Origin: an uncultured Planctomycetota bacterium
GTDB lineage: Bacteria > Planctomycetota > Planctomycetia > Gemmatales > HRBIN36
NCBI GenBank assembly: GCA_937944855.1
Contig: CALFAY010000048.1
Coordinates: 29,446-93,445 of the forward strand
Direction: 5' to 3'
DNA length: 64,000 nt
The position numbers and the translations under genes were made by a program. Position 1 is the stretch's first letter, and every line of letters begins with the position of its first letter. Positions 60,460 through 64,000 of the stretch are shown in pieces. Under the pieces are notes generated by a model, which did not search any database, was not told the origin of the DNA, and worked only from the letters and a program-made list of their open reading frames with translations.

Positions 60460-61605
60460 GTGCTGCGCCTGGCCCTGCTGCCTGACTTCGCCGAGGAGAG
60501 TTGGCCGAGCATGGACTTGTGCGCCGAAGCGCTGCTCAAGTGGTGGCCCGTACCGGGCGAAGTCCAAGACGTGTGCCCAAGCTACTTTCGGTGTTTTTCC
60601 AGATGGCCCTCGACCGGCCGTTGGCGAATGGCCCGGAATGCCGACCGGCTCTTGAACCGTCTGCTCTGGTATCCCCGGTCGCTTCGGCGAAACGTCACGG
60701 AATTCGACGTTTTCCACGTCGTGGACCACAGCTACGGCGCCCTAGTCCATGCCTTGCCCGCGAACCGGACCGGCGTCTATTTCCACGACCTTGATGCTTT
60801 CCGATGTCTGGTGGAACCGAAGCGCGACCCACGTCCTCTGTGGTTTCGCCGCATGGCCCGATACATTCTCGACGGCGTGCAGAAAGCCGCAGTCGTGTTT
60901 CACAACACGCTGGCGGTGCGCGAGGAGATCCTGCGTTTTGGTCTGATCGACCCGGCACGGCTGGTTCACGCTCCTCACGGAATTTGCCCGGAGTTCGCGC
61001 CGCAAGCCGCTGACGAGGACCCAAACAGTGTATGCTTTCCGACCCTGCAAGATGTCCCTTATCTCCTCCACGTCGGCAGCTGCATTCCGCGAAAGCGGAT
61101 CGATGTTCTGCTCGACATGTTCGCCGAAGTCCGACGCCGGTATCCGGAATTGACGCTCGTGCAAGCCGGCGGCTCGTGGACTGAAACGCAGCGGGAACAA
61201 ATACGCCGTGTCGGTTTGGAACCCTGTGTTCGACAAATGGCCGGTCTGAGCCGCTGCGAACTGGCCGAGTTGTATCGGGGAGCACGGCTCGTGTTGCTGC
61301 CCAGCGAGGCCGAGGGCTTTGGGCTGCCGGTGATTGAGGCGCTGGCCTGCGGAGCAATCGTCGTCGCTAGCGACATCCCGACCCTGCGAGAGACTGGCGG
61401 TTCAGCGGCCGTTTATGTCCCAGTTGGCGACGTAGCTGCCTGGGTGAACGTCGTCACTGATCTTCTGGCCTACCCGGAACACGCTCCGTCGCGGGCTGAG
61501 CGTCTTGCTCACGCAGCCCGCTTCTCTTGGACCGAGCATGCTCGAATCATCCGCCACGCCTATCTGGGTCTTCTGGGGCACCAGCGAACTGAAGGCTCCG
61601 CATGA
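60460..61605 (+). CDS. Glycosyltransferase family 4
   Basis: 'SEAEGFGLPVIEALACGAIVVAS'. The start is uncertain: GTG 60460 (VLRLALLPDF) or ATG 60511. The track start 59998 lies deep inside the previous gene. Confidence 0.75.
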   Translation: MLRLALLPDFAEESWPSMDLCAEALLKWWPVPGEVQDVCPSYFRCFSRWPSTGRWRMARNADRLLNRLLWYPRSLRRNVTEFDVFHVVDHSYGALVHALPANRTGVYFHDLDAFRCLVEPKRDPRPLWFRRMARYILDGVQKAAVVFHNTLAVREEILRFGLIDPARLVHAPHGICPEFAPQAADEDPNSVCFPTLQDVPYLLHVGSCIPRKRIDVLLDMFAEVRRRYPELTLVQAGGSWTETQREQIRRVGLEPCVRQMAGLSRCELAELYRGARLVLLPSEAEGFGLPVIEALACGAIVVASDIPTLRETGGSAAVYVPVGDVAAWVNVVTDLLAYPEHAPSRAERLAHAARFSWTEHARIIRHAYLGLLGHQRTEGSA

Positions 61606-62891
61606 GGATCGTTTTTCTTAGTCCCGTCGGGGTGATCGGAGGCGCCGAGCGGGTCCTGCTCGGCACCGCAGCGGCGCTTGCCGGTCATGAACGGGCCGCG
61701 GAATTGCACGCCGTCCTGGGCAGTGACGGGGCTTTGGCAGAAAAACTGAGATCTCGGGGCATTGCCGTGCATGTGCTTCCTCTGCCCGCACGCCTTGAAT
61801 CGTTGGGTGACACCCAGGCGACACTCGATCCTGAACACAGCAGATCGCGGCTTTGGTTTCGCCTGGCGCTGGCTGCTCCAGACGCTTTCGATTATGCCCA
61901 CAAACTTCGACGACTTCTGCACCAGTTGCAACCAGACCTGATTCACAGCAACGGTCTGAAAATGCACCTGCTTTCCGCCCTGTCCCGACCGAGGGACGCG
62001 GTTCTGCTGTGGCACATGCACGACTTCCCATCTTTTCGGCCGGCAATGGTCCGCCTGCTCCGTTGGATGAGATGCCGATGCAACGGCATCGTTGCTGTCT
62101 CGGACGCGGTCGCCCGGGAGGTCCAGACGACGATTCCGAATCTTCCCGTCCACGTCATCCGGAACGCCGTGGACCTCGACGAGTTCACTCCGCTTGGTCC
62201 GGTTGCTGATCTCGACGCCTTGGCCGGTCTGCCTCCCGCTCCCGTTGGCTCCCTGCGTGTCGGACTGGTGGCGACCTATGCCCGGTGGAAAGGACATGAC
62301 GTTTTCCTGCAAGCTGCCGCGCGCATCCGCCATCCGCATTGTCGTTTCTATGTCATCGGCGGGCCGATCTACCGGACTGCGGGATCACAGTTCTCTCGAC
62401 CGGAACTGGAAGCCTTGGCAAATTCTCTTGGCATTCGCGAACGCCTCGGTTTCGTGGATTTTCAACCCGACCCTGCTCCCGTGTATCGGGCCCTGGATGT
62501 GGTGGTACACGCCTCCCGGAGGCCGGAGCCGTTCGGCCTCACGATTGCGGAGGCCATGGCCTGTGGACGGTGCGTGGTCGCGTCCCGAGCCGGAGGAGCG
62601 TCAGAACTGTTCGAGGACGGCGTGGAGGCTGTCGGCTTCTCGCCCGGCAAAGTTCATCAGTTGGCAGAGGTATTGGACACTTTGCTGGCCGATCCGCAGC
62701 GGCGTCGGCAATTGCAAAACCAAGCCATCGCTGCCGCGCGAAGCAACTTCGGTGTCCACCGCTATGGCCATGAGCTTGGCCAAGTGTACGAACGTCTCAT
62801 GAAGCGAATCTCAATGAATGCCAATCCCCCCGAAAAACCGACAGAATCGTCCCAAACTATCTTGACTTCGCCTTCACAATCCTTGAAATAG
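61602..62891 (+). CDS. Glycosyltransferase family 4
   Basis: ATGA overlap. 'MRIVFLSPVGVIGGAERVL' and 'RRPEPFGLTIAEAMACGRCVVAS'. Confidence 0.85.
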   Translation: MRIVFLSPVGVIGGAERVLLGTAAALAGHERAAELHAVLGSDGALAEKLRSRGIAVHVLPLPARLESLGDTQATLDPEHSRSRLWFRLALAAPDAFDYAHKLRRLLHQLQPDLIHSNGLKMHLLSALSRPRDAVLLWHMHDFPSFRPAMVRLLRWMRCRCNGIVAVSDAVAREVQTTIPNLPVHVIRNAVDLDEFTPLGPVADLDALAGLPPAPVGSLRVGLVATYARWKGHDVFLQAAARIRHPHCRFYVIGGPIYRTAGSQFSRPELEALANSLGIRERLGFVDFQPDPAPVYRALDVVVHASRRPEPFGLTIAEAMACGRCVVASRAGGASELFEDGVEAVGFSPGKVHQLAEVLDTLLADPQRRRQLQNQAIAAARSNFGVHRYGHELGQVYERLMKRISMNANPPEKPTESSQTILTSPSQSLK

Positions 62892-62968
62892 GGGATGCTC
62901 CTTGTCATGAACAGGACAACCAGCCCTGCTCCGGGCAGCAGCGGAACTGCAGAGAAGGAGAGCTTACC

Positions 62969-63562
62969 ATGAGGCCATCATCATCATCTGTTGTCATCCA
63001 AAAGCTCTGGCAGAAGGCCCGCGGAGTGCTGGCGGTCACGGCTGGCTTGGCTGTGTTCGCGCCGATCCCTGCGTTCGCATTCACCTGGTTGATGCCGTTC
63101 TGGACGATGAATATCTCGGCCACGCAGGCGCCGCCTCCGAGCTTGACCTTCTCCGATAATCCCAACGGCGGTAATCTGCTTATCGATATGCGGAATTACA
63201 CCGCCAAGCAATCTGACCGCATCGAGGTCACGGCCAAGCGGGATTTCCAGGTCGCTCCTGGAGGCGAGACACTTAACGTGTCGCAGTTTTTCGAGACGCT
63301 CGCCCAGCGTGCTGGCGTCGAAGTGCTGGTTCGTATCAGGCCGCTGGCCGGGGGCAACCGGATCAAGGCATTGGAATACAAGGAGTCCGCGGGGGCAACT
63401 CCCAATCTCTTGTCTGCCAACAACAGTAACTCCGTCTTCTTGAGTGCTGGCAATTACCGTCTGGTCGTCAAGATCAAGTACAACAAGCGGGGCAAGGGTT
63501 TGTGGGACAATTCCCCACCGCCGCCCGGTTCGCCTCATCGTTTCACCTTCAGCTTCATCTAA
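62969..63562 (+). CDS. Secreted hypothetical protein
   Basis: 'AAGGAGAG' RBS 7 nt before the ATG. Signal-peptide-like 'VLAVTAGLAVFAPIPAFAF'. Beta-rich. I recognise no family. A hairpin plus T-tract follows it. Confidence 0.5.
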   Translation: MRPSSSSVVIQKLWQKARGVLAVTAGLAVFAPIPAFAFTWLMPFWTMNISATQAPPPSLTFSDNPNGGNLLIDMRNYTAKQSDRIEVTAKRDFQVAPGGETLNVSQFFETLAQRAGVEVLVRIRPLAGGNRIKALEYKESAGATPNLLSANNSNSVFLSAGNYRLVVKIKYNKRGKGLWDNSPPPPGSPHRFTFSFI

Positions 63563-63614
63563 GCCGGTAGGATCAAGGCTGACGCTCCCCAAGTAGCTGA
63601 CGTGACAATAAGGC

Positions 63615-63651
63615 GGCGTGGGTTCGGGGCGGCCGGAACCACGCCGTTTTT
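63615..63651 (+). terminator. Rho-independent terminator-like hairpin
   Basis: GGCGTGG(G)TTC - GGGGCGGCCG - GAACCACGCC followed by GTTTTTGCTT, 50 nt after the stop of the 62969-63562 ORF. Confidence 0.6.
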
Positions 63652-63674
63652 GCTTCGATTTGCGAGGTCGGTTC

Positions 63675-64000
63675 ATGACCGCGAATCTCGTTGCGCCTGA
63701 GTCCCTCTCGGTTCGGCCGCTTTCAAACGTCCTGGGAGTGACCATCGAAGCCGTCGTGCTTCTCCTGGTCGTCCTGTCGCCCTGGGCGTTGGGAGCAGTT
63801 GATCCGCCGTTCGAAGCCGCCGTTCTGGTCGTTATCGGTTTGCTGCTTGTCCTCTGGGGAGCACGCATGGTGGCGGAGGGCCGCATCCTTCTGCGACGCA
63901 CGCCGTTCCTGACCATTCTCGCCGCCTGGTTTGCCCTGGGCGTCGTGCAGATCATTCCGATGCCCCGCGCCGTCCTGGGGCTGCTCTCTTCCGAGACAGC
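63675..64000 (+). CDS. 3'-truncated polytopic membrane protein, probably O-antigen-ligase-family
   Basis: ATG 63675 opens a frame that runs to the window edge, so it is absent from the ORF track. The translation is MTANLVAPESLSVRPLSNVLGVTIEAVVLLLVVLSPWALGAVDPPFEAAVLVVIGLLLVLWGARM..., an N-terminus style common in O-antigen-ligase-like proteins. Confidence 0.5.
   Translation, partial: MTANLVAPESLSVRPLSNVLGVTIEAVVLLLVVLSPWALGAVDPPFEAAVLVVIGLLLVLWGARMVAEGRILLRRTPFLTILAAWFALGVVQIIPMPRAVLGLLSSET

Noticed and set aside
62984-63955. A 323-aa minus-strand ORF spanning the 62969-63562 gene, the terminator-like hairpin and the start of the last gene.
   Set aside because: Its translation is extremely Arg/Thr/Pro-rich. 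It crosses an intergenic hairpin/T-tract. The plus-strand genes have RBSs and plausible signal or TM segments.
1-64000. A search for mobile elements, CRISPR arrays, tandem repeats, rRNA/tRNA genes and classical defence genes (restriction, toxin-antitoxin, Cas, reverse transcriptase).
   Set aside because: I saw no transposase, integrase or recombinase motifs, no regularly spaced direct repeats and no rRNA or tRNA-like regions. An exhaustive repeat search cannot be done by eye, so cryptic short repeats cannot be excluded.

Overview
This is a gene-dense, GC-rich bacterial chromosomal segment. Hand counts of sampled stretches give about 60-65% G+C, with a few clearly AT-richer patches. I can support about 47 protein-coding genes. 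I recognise no rRNA, tRNA, CRISPR array, transposase, integrase or phage genes. The protein architectures (very large BNR/TPR/HEAT multidomain proteins, many GT4 enzymes, a cNMP/Fe-S fusion, 'LPxDPFDGxPLxY'-type C-termini) are reminiscent of Planctomycetota, but that is inference only.

Layout:
(1) 1-11.1 kb, plus-strand array: BNR/CBM9 multidomain protein, a pair of amide-bond ligases (ATP-grasp-like plus YbdK/GCS2), then a tightly coupled trio of a His-rich polytopic membrane protein, a decaheme cytochrome c and a 1088-aa cNMP-binding four-cluster ferredoxin.
(2) 11.1-28.6 kb, mixed housekeeping or uncharacterised genes: TPR protein, acyl-CoA dehydrogenase, FtsX-type permease, LplT-like MFS/acyltransferase fusion, LpxH-like phosphoesterase plus GT4, HEAT protein plus ABC-2 permease, DUF420-like protein, M20 amidohydrolase, and a low-GC hypothetical.
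(3) 28.6-36.9 kb, a co-directional minus-strand array: unannotated 47-aa zinc-ribbon ORF, a P1B-type ATPase fused to an HflK-like SPFH domain, separate HflC-like and HflK-like genes, BtaA/BtaB betaine-lipid genes and an orphan atpC.
(4) 37.6-64 kb, a large surface-glycan locus: WecA-like initiating transferase, Wzc-type tyrosine kinase, PHP-type phosphatase, Wza, 11 glycosyltransferases, FkbM methyltransferase, Wzy/O-antigen-ligase-like proteins, Wzm/Wzt ABC exporter and UDP-galactopyranose mutase.

The best candidates for an undescribed system are (a) the putative cyclic-nucleotide-controlled transmembrane electron-transfer module at 5.5-11.1 kb and (b) the P-type ATPase::SPFH fusion with its HflK/C-like partners at 31.3-36.9 kb. 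All functional calls come from motif recognition by eye. No database search was run.
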